Positions 18,308-27,916 of a stretch of DNA of 64,000 bases are shown piece after piece. Numbering within the stretch: the first letter of the stretch is position 1; each line of letters begins with the position of its first letter. Both the position numbers and the translations under genes were made by a program. The DNA is from Candidatus Poribacteria bacterium (GTDB lineage Bacteria > Poribacteria > WGA-4E > WGA-3G). The notes under the pieces are model-generated. The model did no database searches, was not told the origin of the DNA, and saw only the letters and a list, made by a program, of their open reading frames with translations. Location of the stretch: assembly GCA_965215265.1 (NCBI GenBank), contig OZ244048.1, forward strand, positions 3,552,001 to 3,616,000, written 5' to 3'.

Positions 18308-19591
18308 TCACTCTTCTTCAGCATGCAAGAGTAGGTGTCCGAGTTTTGAACGTTTCGTTTGTAAATAAGCCCGGTTAAAACGGTTCGGGTTCGTCTGCAA
18401 CGGAATCCGCTCCACAATTTCCAATCCATATCCGGACAACCCTTTTACCTTTTGTGGGTTATTTGTCATCAACCGCATTCTTTTAACGCCTAGATCTACT
18501 AAGATTTGTGCACCGATGCCGTAATCGCGCAAATCAGCCGCGAAACCGAGGCGTTCGTTTGCCTCAACGGTATCCAAACCTTCCTTGTCTTGGAGCTGGT
18601 AGGCACGAAGTTTTTCTGTGAGTCCCATGCCCCTGCCTTCTTGTCGCATGTAGAGCAGTACACCCCTACCTTCCTTTTCAATCCTTTCAAGAGCGAGCTC
18701 CAACTGTTCTCCGCAATCACACCGTAGCGAGCCGAATACATCACCTGTTAAGCATTGCGAGTGTACCCTCACCAACAGAGGTGTTGCCTCTTCAAGGTTG
18801 CCCTTCGCTAAAGCGATGTGAGTCTTAGTCTCTTCACGCCCGCCCACCCGAATCCTCTCTCCTTTCAGGAGAGACGTGCTCGAGTCGCTGTTTGTTGTGT
18901 TGGTATAACGGCTTTCATAAGCATAGAGTTTAAATTGACCATGCGCGGTCGGAATATTGGCAGTTGCGACCTTTTTGACAAGGGTTTCAGTTCGCCGGCG
19001 GTACGCGATTAGATCTGAAATTGTAATAATCTTGAGATTGTGTTTTTGGGCAAACGCTATCAATTCGGGTACACGTGCCATAGTGCCATCATCGTTGAGG
19101 ACTTCACAAAGTACTCCGGCTGGATAGCAGCCGGCGAGTCTGGCTAGGTCTACGGTAGCTTCTGTATGTCCAGCGCGGCGAAGTACCCCGCCGGGTTTCG
19201 CTTCTAAAGGGAAGATGTGCCCTGGGCGTACAAAGTCTGAGGGTCTGGCTGTTTTATCCACAAATTTGCGAATTGTAAAAGCACGCTCTTGTGCGGAAAT
19301 GCCGGTGGTCACTTCTTTTGCGTCAATGGTTACCGTAAACGCTGTTTGCATTTGTGCAGTATTATCAATCACCATGGGGTGCAGCTCAAGTTCCGCAAGA
19401 CGTTCTGGACAGGTAGGCAGGCATATCAAACCACGTCCATGTTTCGCCATGAAATTAATAGCTTCTGCTGTCACGTTTTCGGCGGCCATAATCAGATCGC
19501 CTTCGTTTTCGCGATGCGGTTCATCAACGACGATAATCATCTCACCGTTTCGGATAGCTGAAAGCGCCTCTGGAATTGTGCTAAATGCCAT
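18308..19591 (-). CDS. ribBA: Bifunctional DHBP synthase / GTP cyclohydrolase II, with in-frame insertion
   Basis: [34 protein letters not shown] and MTNNP. Start re-set to ATG 19591. Confidence 0.95.
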   Translation of the reverse strand: MAFSTIPEALSAIRNGEMIIVVDEPHRENEGDLIMAAENVTAEAINFMAKHGRGLICLPTCPERLAELELHPMVIDNTAQMQTAFTVTIDAKEVTTGISAQERAFTIRKFVDKTARPSDFVRPGHIFPLEAKPGGVLRRAGHTEATVDLARLAGCYPAGVLCEVLNDDGTMARVPELIAFAQKHNLKIITISDLIAYRRRTETLVKKVATANIPTAHGQFKLYAYESRYTNTTNSDSSTSLLKGERIRVGGREETKTHIALAKGNLEEATPLLVRVHSQCLTGDVFGSLRCDCGEQLELALERIEKEGRGVLLYMRQEGRGMGLTEKLRAYQLQDKEGLDTVEANERLGFAADLRDYGIGAQILVDLGVKRMRLMTNNPQKVKGLSGYGLEIVERIPLQTNPNRFNRAYLQTKRSKLGHLLLHAEEE

Positions 19592-19834
19592 TTTTTCTGT
19601 ATATCTCCGTACCGTCAACACCCAGTCGGTTGCGAGATCCCCGCCATCTATAGATAAAAGGTAGTGCAAGCGTGTCCTGAAGGACACGCGATGGGGATTC
19701 ATCCCCGCAAGCGGGGAGTTGCGAGATAGGTATTCAGTGTCTCTCCTGAAAGGAGAGACAAAGAATTCCTTTTACTCGCAACCCATTGGGAACTTCCCCT
19801 ACCTATCCTGCCACTCGTCAGGGCCTTCCTAGGT
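19592..19834. repeat. R1 copy interrupted by an R2 element that itself holds a nested R2 (19719-19790)
   Basis: R1 head 19592-19620 and tail TCGTCAGGGCCTTCCTAGGTT. The outer R2 is the inverse of 20692-20780. Confidence 0.85.
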
Positions 19835-19952
19835 TCAGTTCCTGATAGTTGTCTCAAAAAATTTAAATTTCCAAAGTTTTTGATGTCTTCGGTTGATAGA
19901 TGCACAATTGAGGTACCTAGATCTAATGTCCCTCGTACCAACGTGCACCGTT

Positions 19953-20624
19953 TTAATAGAATCCATGTTGTGCTAAGAACGCCATATCAAGCTGTCCGGA
20001 TTGATTTCGGTTTTTCTTCTGGCTGGAGAGTTCTGTTCTTGCTAACAACAGCGCCTCGACGTAGCGTGCAATCACATCTACTTCAAGATTGACACGTGCC
20101 CCTTCTCTTTTTGTCCCCAAAGTTGTAACCGACTTTGTGTGTGGAATTAAAGCGACTTCAAAGGTGTCGGCGAATACGTTCGCTATTGTTAAACTCACGC
20201 CGTCAACGGAAACAGAACCTTTATAGGCTATGTAAGGCTTAACATCTGCGTTCATTGTCACCTGCATAAGAGAGGAATCGCCTTCATCCTTCCATCCACT
20301 AATTACAACGACTGCATCAACATGCCCGAGGACGAGATGGCCTCCTAACCGCTGGCTCAACTGTAGAGAACGTTCTAAGTTAGCCCGGTCGCGAGGTTTT
20401 CGGTCTCCCAATGTTGTCCGACGTAGCGTTTCGGCAGAAATATCGGAGATGAATCCATCTGCCAACAATGCACGAATAGTAAGGCAGGCACCATCAACGG
20501 CAATGCTATCCCCTACTTTCGCGTCTGCGAGTACTTCAGTTGCCCTAATGTGAAGGGTCGCGCTTTGGGATGTACGTTTGATGTTAACAATAGTACCAAT
20601 CTCTTCAACGATTCCGGTAAACAT
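19953..20624 (-). CDS. ribE: Riboflavin synthase alpha chain
   Basis: MFTGIVEE, GDSIAVDGACLT, GGHLVLGHVD and VNLEVD. Confidence 0.97.
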   Translation of the reverse strand: MFTGIVEEIGTIVNIKRTSQSATLHIRATEVLADAKVGDSIAVDGACLTIRALLADGFISDISAETLRRTTLGDRKPRDRANLERSLQLSQRLGGHLVLGHVDAVVVISGWKDEGDSSLMQVTMNADVKPYIAYKGSVSVDGVSLTIANVFADTFEVALIPHTKSVTTLGTKREGARVNLEVDVIARYVEALLLARTELSSQKKNRNQSGQLDMAFLAQHGFY

Positions 20625-20691
20625 TTTTGTCTCTGGCTTAGCTCATGCGGGTTTGGCATAAATAGTTTAGGCACCACTCATTTTGATACAA

Positions 20692-20795
20692 AGTGGCAGG
20701 ATAGGTAGGGGAAGTTCTCCCCGCTTGCGGGGATGAATCCCCATCGCGTGTCCTCGAGGACACGCGATACTACCTTTTACCTGCCACCCACTGGG
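20692..20795. repeat. Complete R2 palindromic element overlapping the ribD stop
   Basis: AGTGGCAGGATAGGTAG...CCCCGCTTGCGGGG...CGCGTGTCCTCGAGGACACGCG...CTACCTTTTACCTGCCACCCACTGGG. Confidence 0.85.
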
Positions 20796-21895
20796 TACCC
20801 TTCAATTAGCAGATCGCCATCGCCACTTTGCACGTGTTGTACTGTTAGTCTTTGTAGCTGTGGTGCGGCTGCCAAGGGGTGTATTCCTGCACCGCCAAGT
20901 GGACCTGGAGCATGCGCACCGCCGATAAACTTAGGTGCAACAAAGCACATGAACTTATCAACAACTCCTGCTGTAACGGCCGAGGCATTCACTTCTGCGC
21001 CGCCTTCTATTAAGACGCTCGTTATATCGTGTGCCCCTAACATATCCATCAAGGTTTTGATACAGAGGTGTCCTTGATTTATAGGGAGCGTTATGACTTT
21101 CGCGCCGGCCGTTGTAAGAGCGTAGACGTTTTTGGCAGGTGCGTCTGGTCCAACTGCGATGATAACCTCAGCACGGCTTGAAGTGTTGAAAATTCGAGCA
21201 TCTGCCGGGGTTCTACCTTGTGAATCTAGTACGACTCGAACTGCATCCTTGCCTGAACGATGCAGGAGGCGCGTTGTTAATCGAGGATTGTCCCGGATAA
21301 CCGTGCCTATGCCGACAAGAATTGCATCGACTCCATCTCGTATCTCATGCACCAACTGTCGTGATGCAGTTGAGGTAATCCATTGTGATTCCCCCGAAGA
21401 AGTTGCAATTTTTCCATCCAGACTCATCGCAGTCTTCAATATGACAAAAGGTCTTCCTGTCCGGATGTATTTCCTATGAACCTCATTTAGGTGTGCGGCA
21501 TCTTCAGCACACACGCCTACATTGACGTAAATGCCAGCTGCCTCAAGTTGACGAATCCCCTTGCCTGCAACTTGTGGATTTACGTCTAGCTCCGCCACAT
21601 AAACCGCTGATATGCCTGCCTCAATGAGTGCATCGGTACAAGGAGGTGTGCGTCCCCAATGACAACACGGTTCCAGGTTTGTATAAAGCGTCGCCCCTTT
21701 AGCGGCCTCCCCTGCTGCTTGGAGTGCATGAATTTCTGCATGCGCGCCGCCTGCTCTCTGATGGTACCCTTCACCTATGCACTTACCGGCTTTAACAATG
21801 ACTGCGCCCACGAGAGGATTCGGACTTGTCCGTCCCTTTCCTTTCTTTGCCAAAGCCAGCGCGCGTTGCATAAACGCCACATGTCTCTCGTTCAT
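20777..21895 (-). CDS. ribD: Riboflavin biosynthesis deaminase/reductase RibD
   Basis: PNPLVG, HAE, EPCCH..PPC, SLDGKIA and IEGG. Start re-set to ATG 21895. Confidence 0.95.
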   Translation of the reverse strand: MNERHVAFMQRALALAKKGKGRTSPNPLVGAVIVKAGKCIGEGYHQRAGGAHAEIHALQAAGEAAKGATLYTNLEPCCHWGRTPPCTDALIEAGISAVYVAELDVNPQVAGKGIRQLEAAGIYVNVGVCAEDAAHLNEVHRKYIRTGRPFVILKTAMSLDGKIATSSGESQWITSTASRQLVHEIRDGVDAILVGIGTVIRDNPRLTTRLLHRSGKDAVRVVLDSQGRTPADARIFNTSSRAEVIIAVGPDAPAKNVYALTTAGAKVITLPINQGHLCIKTLMDMLGAHDITSVLIEGGAEVNASAVTAGVVDKFMCFVAPKFIGGAHAPGPLGGAGIHPLAAAPQLQRLTVQHVQSGDGDLLIEGYPVGGR

Positions 21896-22012
21896 CACCT
21901 TTGGCTCACTAAATAATAGTATATCATATTTCAACCGGAAATCAAAACCATTTTTTTTCGGCAAAACCGACGATCCGGAATTACACAAAAATTCATACAT
22001 CGCGTTTTCGTA

Positions 22013-22507
22013 TTATTTAGAACTCGCGACTAATTTCAGAGACTCAAGAATTTCTGTCTGCACTACCAAATCAAATTGGTGTGAACCAATGTACATATAC
22101 CTGATAATGCCGAGTTTGTCAATGATAAATGTCGCGGGCCGTGCAATATTGTAAGCCTCAAGACTGAGCCAGTGGTAGACACCGTAACTTTTGATAACAT
22201 TCCGCTCCTTATCTACTAATAAAGGATAGGTAATGCCGTTCTGTTTTGTATATCCACGGAGTTCACGGGGCCACTGTCCTGCAATGGCGAGGGGTATCGC
22301 ACTGTACGTTGTGTACTCGTCAACGTGCCCTTGGACTGCCGCCAACTGGCGACGGCTATTTGGTCACCAGGTCCCTCGAAAAAATGTTAAGATGACATGG
22401 TATTTCTCCCGATAAGATACCAGCGATACTTCTTGCCGCTGATGTGAAGGCAATGTGAACAAAGGCGCGGTATCACCGATGTTGAGGATTTTGTTTTTCC
22501 GTGGCAT
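22013..22507 (-). CDS. AhpC/TSA peroxiredoxin-like selenoprotein (UGA-Sec, UxxS)
   Basis: ATG 22507 MPRKNKILNIGDTAPLFTLPS...FFRGTW-TGA(22366-22364)-PNSRRQL continues in frame into ORF 22013-22345 (ARPATFIIDKLGIIRY). SECIS-like hairpin follows. Confidence 0.8.
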
Positions 22508-22554
22508 ACACCAATTTTCTCAAAAGTTGTGAGTTCTGTCAAGTACGAAAGGCT

Positions 22555-23679
22555 TTATAACAGTTCCATGAATAGTTCATTGGCTATAAAAAGCCCGCGA
22601 GCCGTCAGACGCAGATGAGTTGTCGAGCATTCCAGCAACTTCAAACTTTTCCATTTCTCGAGGAGTTCACCAAACTCCACTTTAGGTAGTTCACCAAAAC
22701 GGGTCCGGTAAGCGACAAGAGAAATGCCTTCCCGTTTACGGAACCCGAGCATGAGTGTTTCGGCTTTTTCTGCCCGGCCAGTGAGTTTCTCGGAATCCGC
22801 AATCGGTTTTATGCCTTGACGTAGTGCATCCATGTAATTAATAATGCCCCTCATGTTTGAATAGCGGACTCCGTCAATGTAACCGTAAGCGCCGGCACCC
22901 AATCCAATGTGGGCCTGATTGTTCCAATAGACAAGGTTATGCCTTGCAAAACGGTTCGGACGTGCAAAGTTACAGATTTCATAGTGTTCGTATCCGTGTC
23001 TGGTTAGTGTGTCAATCGCATACTGGAACATATCCGCCTCAGTGTCTTCTGTAGGGAGGTGCAGTGTGCCGGACTTCCACCACTCATAAAACGGTGTTGC
23101 CTCCTCCATGACGAGATTATAGACGGAAATATGCGCGGGCTTGAGTGCAAGTACTGCGGTTAAGGTATGCTGCCATGTTTCCAGTGTCTGCTTAGGGAGT
23201 GCGAAGATCAGATCGATGTTGATATTCTCAAAACCACACTCATGAGCAAGGTGATAACTCTGAAGAAAGTCAGCGACGGTGTGAATCCTGCCCAGCTGCG
23301 TCAATGTTTCATCTTGCATCGCTTGTACACCGAAACTGAGACGATTCACGCCTGCACCTTGCAAGATCTTTAGCTTCTCTCTATCAACCGTGCCAGGGTT
23401 ACATTCCACAGTGATTTCCGTGTCGGACTGTCTATCGAAATATGTCTGTAGATTGGCGAATATCTGAGTTAAGTCACTCGTAGAAAGAATGGAAGGTGTG
23501 CCACCCCCAATAAAGATTGTCCGTAAAGGGGCAGCCATCGGTGCATAGAGTTCCATCTCTATCTGGAGTGCTTGTAGATATGCCATCGCTTGTACTTTAT
23601 GAAACGTGTACGTATTGAAAGCACAATAGTAGCATTTTGTAGTACAAAACGGGATATGTATGTATAAAGAAGAAGCCAT
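22555..23679 (-). CDS. hemW: Radical SAM heme chaperone HemW (HemN-like)
   Basis: LYIHIPFCTTKCYYCAF, GGGTPS, YEICNFA and HNLVYW. Confidence 0.9.
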   Translation of the reverse strand: MASSLYIHIPFCTTKCYYCAFNTYTFHKVQAMAYLQALQIEMELYAPMAAPLRTIFIGGGTPSILSTSDLTQIFANLQTYFDRQSDTEITVECNPGTVDREKLKILQGAGVNRLSFGVQAMQDETLTQLGRIHTVADFLQSYHLAHECGFENINIDLIFALPKQTLETWQHTLTAVLALKPAHISVYNLVMEEATPFYEWWKSGTLHLPTEDTEADMFQYAIDTLTRHGYEHYEICNFARPNRFARHNLVYWNNQAHIGLGAGAYGYIDGVRYSNMRGIINYMDALRQGIKPIADSEKLTGRAEKAETLMLGFRKREGISLVAYRTRFGELPKVEFGELLEKWKSLKLLECSTTHLRLTARGLFIANELFMELL

Positions 23680-23693
23680 ATCCGGTTATCTCT

Positions 23694-24794
23694 TTAGTCA
23701 AATTCTAAGCCGACTCTGATTGCATTCCCGGTGTTGGCGTAAGCAAATGCCTCGTTAATCTGCTCAAACGGGAAGGTATGCGAGATAATTTTATGGAAAG
23801 GATACTTGTGTTGTGTTCGGCTTAGAAAATCAAGTGCGCGAGGGATAACCCAAGGTTCATAAACGATGACACCGCGAATCATCTTACTACATCGGACAAT
23901 ATTGCCTGGGTCGATTTGCGTAGGAAATCCGAGGTTAATGTTGCCTATCCAGAGGTACCGTCCACCCCAACGTAGCATTTCTATGCCTTCAGAGAGAACA
24001 CGCGGTGAACCGACAAACTCAGCGACAAGGTCGGCACCGAGTCCACCGGTCAGTTCGAGCACGTAAGAGACACGCTCATCAAGCTCGGCGGTGTCAACAT
24101 TGATAACATAGTCTGCGCCAAATTCACGTGCGAGCTGCAGACGCGCCGGGTGCCGCTCTAAGACAATAATTTTGCCTGCACCCATTTCCTTTGCAACGGC
24201 AGTCGCATAAAGTCCAAGTCCCCCGGCACCTTGGATAACGACTGTATCCCCGAGCGTAATACCAATCTGGTTGAGCCCGTAAATGACTTCGGATAACGCA
24301 CAGTTGATAGGTGATACGAGCACGTCCGGTAGTTCATCCGGAACCTTGAAAATCCAATGTCCCGGTTTCATGTAGTAGTACTCTCCGTAGGCACCGTGGA
24401 AGTGAGGAGTTTGCTCACTGGATACGCCGAGCCAATCCCGATAACGGTTTGGGCATCCGGGCGTACTATTGAGGCACATCCAGCAGTGCTGACATGGTTT
24501 GAAATAGGAATACGCGATCCGGTCGCCTTCAGTCAAAGGCCGCCCAGTACTGTCGATTCCGATATTTTTCCCTAATTCCGCGATTGTACCAACCATTTCA
24601 TGCCCAAGTACTTGTGGAATACCACTAGCGATTTTGGGACCGTGTCCACGCCAGAAATGTAAATCGGAGCCACAGATGTTCGCCATACGGATGTGTACGA
24701 GCATGTCATCACTACTGACAGATGGTACCGGATACTCCCGGAATTCCATGGGTGCTTGTGGTTGTGTAAAAACAGCGACTTTTCCAGTTTTCAT
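23694..24794 (-). CDS. Zinc-binding alcohol dehydrogenase family protein
   Basis: CGSD, GHE, CxxCxxC..C and GAGGLG. Confidence 0.9.
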   Translation of the reverse strand: MKTGKVAVFTQPQAPMEFREYPVPSVSSDDMLVHIRMANICGSDLHFWRGHGPKIASGIPQVLGHEMVGTIAELGKNIGIDSTGRPLTEGDRIAYSYFKPCQHCWMCLNSTPGCPNRYRDWLGVSSEQTPHFHGAYGEYYYMKPGHWIFKVPDELPDVLVSPINCALSEVIYGLNQIGITLGDTVVIQGAGGLGLYATAVAKEMGAGKIIVLERHPARLQLAREFGADYVINVDTAELDERVSYVLELTGGLGADLVAEFVGSPRVLSEGIEMLRWGGRYLWIGNINLGFPTQIDPGNIVRCSKMIRGVIVYEPWVIPRALDFLSRTQHKYPFHKIISHTFPFEQINEAFAYANTGNAIRVGLEFD

Positions 24795-24913
24795 AGTTCC
24801 GATCTTTTTCTTATTCTGATATAAGAGCGAGCTAGTACAGTCAGATTTCTGTGAGTATGGATTTTAGGAGTCACTCCACCGGAACTATCCGTTGCGTCGT
24901 CCTCGCCCTGTTA

Positions 24914-25309
24914 TCAATACTCATCAAAGTTAGTAACCTTCCACTTTCCCTCAACGTTTTCGGTGTAAATCACCACGTTTCGCGAAGATGTTGCAATCCC
25001 AGGATTTTCGATAGTCAACTTGTAGTTAAATATTGCTTGTCCCTTACCTCTGTTTTCTTGTGCGACACGTTCGTATTTAATCTGTGGAATTTGGTCAATA
25101 GGTTGTCCTGGCATCCGCACCTCAAGTAAACGGGCAATTTCATCTTCCAATTTCTCAGACGCGAGTCCATAGCTGAGCATGAGTGCCGCCTGCTGATCAG
25201 CCCGTTGATAGTAGTTATAGATAAAGTCTTCGCTCACTGCTTGTGGTGTATTTCTATTTGAACAAGCGAGTAGCGTTAACATGAATACGAGGACGTATTC
25301 TATTTTCAT
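24914..25309 (-). CDS. Putative lipoprotein
   Basis: LLAC lipobox and an NTF2-like C-terminus (GKWKV). Confidence 0.65.
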   Translation of the reverse strand: MKIEYVLVFMLTLLACSNRNTPQAVSEDFIYNYYQRADQQAALMLSYGLASEKLEDEIARLLEVRMPGQPIDQIPQIKYERVAQENRGKGQAIFNYKLTIENPGIATSSRNVVIYTENVEGKWKVTNFDEY

Positions 25310-25386
25310 TTGGAAAGGTACCGCCTTTACAGGTACTTGTATTGTAGTGAATCTATCCTGTTATAAGCCTTTTACCTTTATCAAGT

Positions 25387-26685
25387 TTACGGTTGCTGTG
25401 TAACTGCCCGAATCATTGCGATGTTGAAGATGCGCCGTTCGTAACCGTGTGACGGATTGTTGACAACTTCGCCCAATGCCCATAAGGTTGAGGAGCTTCC
25501 GCCGTCAAAGTTAATAGCATTCTTGATGCCGAGTTCTCGAAAGAATTGAGCCATTTGGTAGAGCGTCATTCCCATGCTATATCCGGGTTGCCGTCCATCG
25601 ACAGCGATGAGAAAGAGTTTTTCATCGTTAAAACCTAAGGCACTCCGTGGATTGCGACGGGCAGCGTTGCGATGACTTGAGCCCGTTCTCCCACGTGATG
25701 CGTTAAATTGTAGCAGTTCAGGTTCAATGTTACCATGCCGTAAAAGCCGTAGATTTCCGCCGATTCCGGAATGGACAGACTGCCATTTTTGTGGTGTGAG
25801 CGCGATTTCAAGTTCTCCTGTTGTAGATTCGGCGAACCTATCTTGCCAGGACCTTGCGATGTTTGAAGTTATTGCAACGACAACGCCACGTGGCGGGATG
25901 AGGCTGTTACCACGTGAAGATACAGAAGTGATGACAAAACGGCTGCGATATTTCCCTGTGAGCGGAAGTTCCAATTTCATTAAAGTGATTTCATAGCACC
26001 GGCGAGTCAATGTGCGCTTGCCAAAGCGCGGTGTGTATATTACAACTGGACACAACGAATCACAGATTTGGTTAATACCGTTTATCGTGAGTTTTTTTTC
26101 GCCAATCTGAAGTATCCCGTTTAACTGTACGGTATCCAAGAGGAACTCACCATCAGAAGTTACACCGAAACTGGTTTCGCCCCAAGGTGAAGGCGGTGAA
26201 TAGCCCCATCTATTGAGTTGTGTAGGAATGCTAACGAGTTCTCTATTTTGGATATGGAGGTTGAAAATCATTCCGCCTCGTCCGCGCCCGTCTTCGCGAA
26301 TCCCGAAACTTCCATTGACTCCGGCTAAGGGCAGCATCTGTTTTTGCATCAGTCTTTTGGCGGCGCGACTGATGGTTTCACGTCCCAAGATACGGGTGTT
26401 GGCGAGTTCTACATCAAATCTTATATTTTTTGCGGCGCGTTCCATCTCCGCAACGTAAACCGCAGCACCCCCTTTCCACCAATACCGATGCAGACGAAAG
26501 CCCTTCGGCCAACGTGCGCCTTTCAGTTTATCACGCCGTTTGACAGATTCAGGGAGCTTGTCTATTTTTCCGACAAGCGATGGACGTTCCAAACCACGCA
26601 GCGCACTAACAACCAATATAAAAAAAACAAGTAAACTGCAAATCGTGATAAGTCTGCGGATATGAAAACTATTTTCTTTCAACAT
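25387..26685 (-). CDS. Phosphodiester glycosidase (NAGPA-like) family protein
   Basis: GVNGSF, NPRSALG, AVDGRQ and AINFDGGSS. Confidence 0.85.
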   Translation of the reverse strand: MLKENSFHIRRLITICSLLVFFILVVSALRGLERPSLVGKIDKLPESVKRRDKLKGARWPKGFRLHRYWWKGGAAVYVAEMERAAKNIRFDVELANTRILGRETISRAAKRLMQKQMLPLAGVNGSFGIREDGRGRGGMIFNLHIQNRELVSIPTQLNRWGYSPPSPWGETSFGVTSDGEFLLDTVQLNGILQIGEKKLTINGINQICDSLCPVVIYTPRFGKRTLTRRCYEITLMKLELPLTGKYRSRFVITSVSSRGNSLIPPRGVVVAITSNIARSWQDRFAESTTGELEIALTPQKWQSVHSGIGGNLRLLRHGNIEPELLQFNASRGRTGSSHRNAARRNPRSALGFNDEKLFLIAVDGRQPGYSMGMTLYQMAQFFRELGIKNAINFDGGSSSTLWALGEVVNNPSHGYERRIFNIAMIRAVTQQP

Positions 26686-26688
26686 TTT

Positions 26689-27864
26689 CTATAATGCCTT
26701 TAAGCCGATACCTGTGAGGATTGAAACCGTCAATTCACCCTCGCTAATGATACCGGTGTCGCGAAACTTTTCAGACGCTTTGACGACTACAGCGGAAGTT
26801 GGTTCAACGTAAAGCCCCCGGGTTGCAAGGATTTTCAGTCCAGACTTGATGTCGGCTTCGTCAACAGTGATAAATGCCCCGTTCGTGTCACGGATTGCGT
26901 CCATAATCATTTTCCTGCGAATAGGCAGTTCCGCTGTAATTCCTTCAGCAAGCGTCGTCCGCGTTTGTACCATCCGAGAAATATCAGATGTTTTACTAAG
27001 GTAAGCGTTATAAATCGGACAACACGCTGCGGATTGAACACCGAGTAAGTGGGGGAACTGTTCAATAACACCTTGTACGTGCAATTCGCGAAATCCGAGG
27101 TACAAACCCAGGTAAATACTGCCGAATCCGACAGGACAGATAACGTGAACCGGTGCCTTTCCGCCTAATTGCTCAACAATCTCAAATGCTAAGGTCTTTG
27201 TGCCTTCTAAGAAGAACGGGTGCCAATTATGAGAAGCATAACATGTCGTTTCTGCTGCATACTTTACTGCTTCTGTTGTTGCCATGCGATTGCCTTCTAC
27301 TAGCTCCAATTCAGCACCATACGCGGAGATCTGGGTTAATTTGCTTTTTGAAGTAGTTTTCGGACAGTAAATAGTACACCGGATGCCCGCACGGGCACTG
27401 TAGGCAGCTATTGCTGCGCCGGCATTTCCGGACGAATCCTCAACAATCTCTTCAACGCCGAGTGCCTTCAAATGGGTTAGTAACACAGAAGCCCCCCGGT
27501 CTTTATAGGAACCTGTGGGGCAGAGGTAGTCCAGTTTCACATAGTGTTCTGCAGTATTCGTTCCTACTGTGGAACGTAGGCTTGCGTTTTGTCCATAACT
27601 TGCTGCATCAAAGGGTATCAACGGTGTCATTCCTTCGCCGAGTGTTACGATTTCGGCATCCGTAGGAATTGGGAGTGCTTCACGATACCGCCACATGCTG
27701 TGTTCATGGGGTGCCTCTTGTTTTCGGAATATGGGTTTGGAGGTTTCGTATTCCGGCTTTTCAAGCGTCAACGGTGAACTACAGTCACACTGATAGCGTA
27801 ATGCCGACACTGGATATGTTTGAGCACATTGGCTGCAGATATTTCGCAAAACGTATTTTTCCAT
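26689..27864 (-). CDS. thrC: Threonine synthase-like PLP enzyme
   Basis: LGEGMTPL, PTGSYKDRG, EDSSGNAG, EPTSA and LTGIGLK. Substrate uncertain; a second paralogue is present. Confidence 0.75.
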   Translation of the reverse strand: MEKYVLRNICSQCAQTYPVSALRYQCDCSSPLTLEKPEYETSKPIFRKQEAPHEHSMWRYREALPIPTDAEIVTLGEGMTPLIPFDAASYGQNASLRSTVGTNTAEHYVKLDYLCPTGSYKDRGASVLLTHLKALGVEEIVEDSSGNAGAAIAAYSARAGIRCTIYCPKTTSKSKLTQISAYGAELELVEGNRMATTEAVKYAAETTCYASHNWHPFFLEGTKTLAFEIVEQLGGKAPVHVICPVGFGSIYLGLYLGFRELHVQGVIEQFPHLLGVQSAACCPIYNAYLSKTSDISRMVQTRTTLAEGITAELPIRRKMIMDAIRDTNGAFITVDEADIKSGLKILATRGLYVEPTSAVVVKASEKFRDTGIISEGELTVSILTGIGLKAL

Positions 27865-27916
27865 ACTGCCTTATTCAGGACTATGGGACCCCAAAAGTCG
27901 AAAATTCATGAATTGG

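Noticed and set aside
11484-20795. R1/R2 as integron attC sites
   Set aside because: The flanked genes are housekeeping operon members, there is no integrase, and no consistent RYYYAAC/GTTRRRY ends.
21896-22012. FMN riboswitch upstream of ribD
   Set aside because: The short AT-rich spacer has no recognisable RFN conserved motifs.
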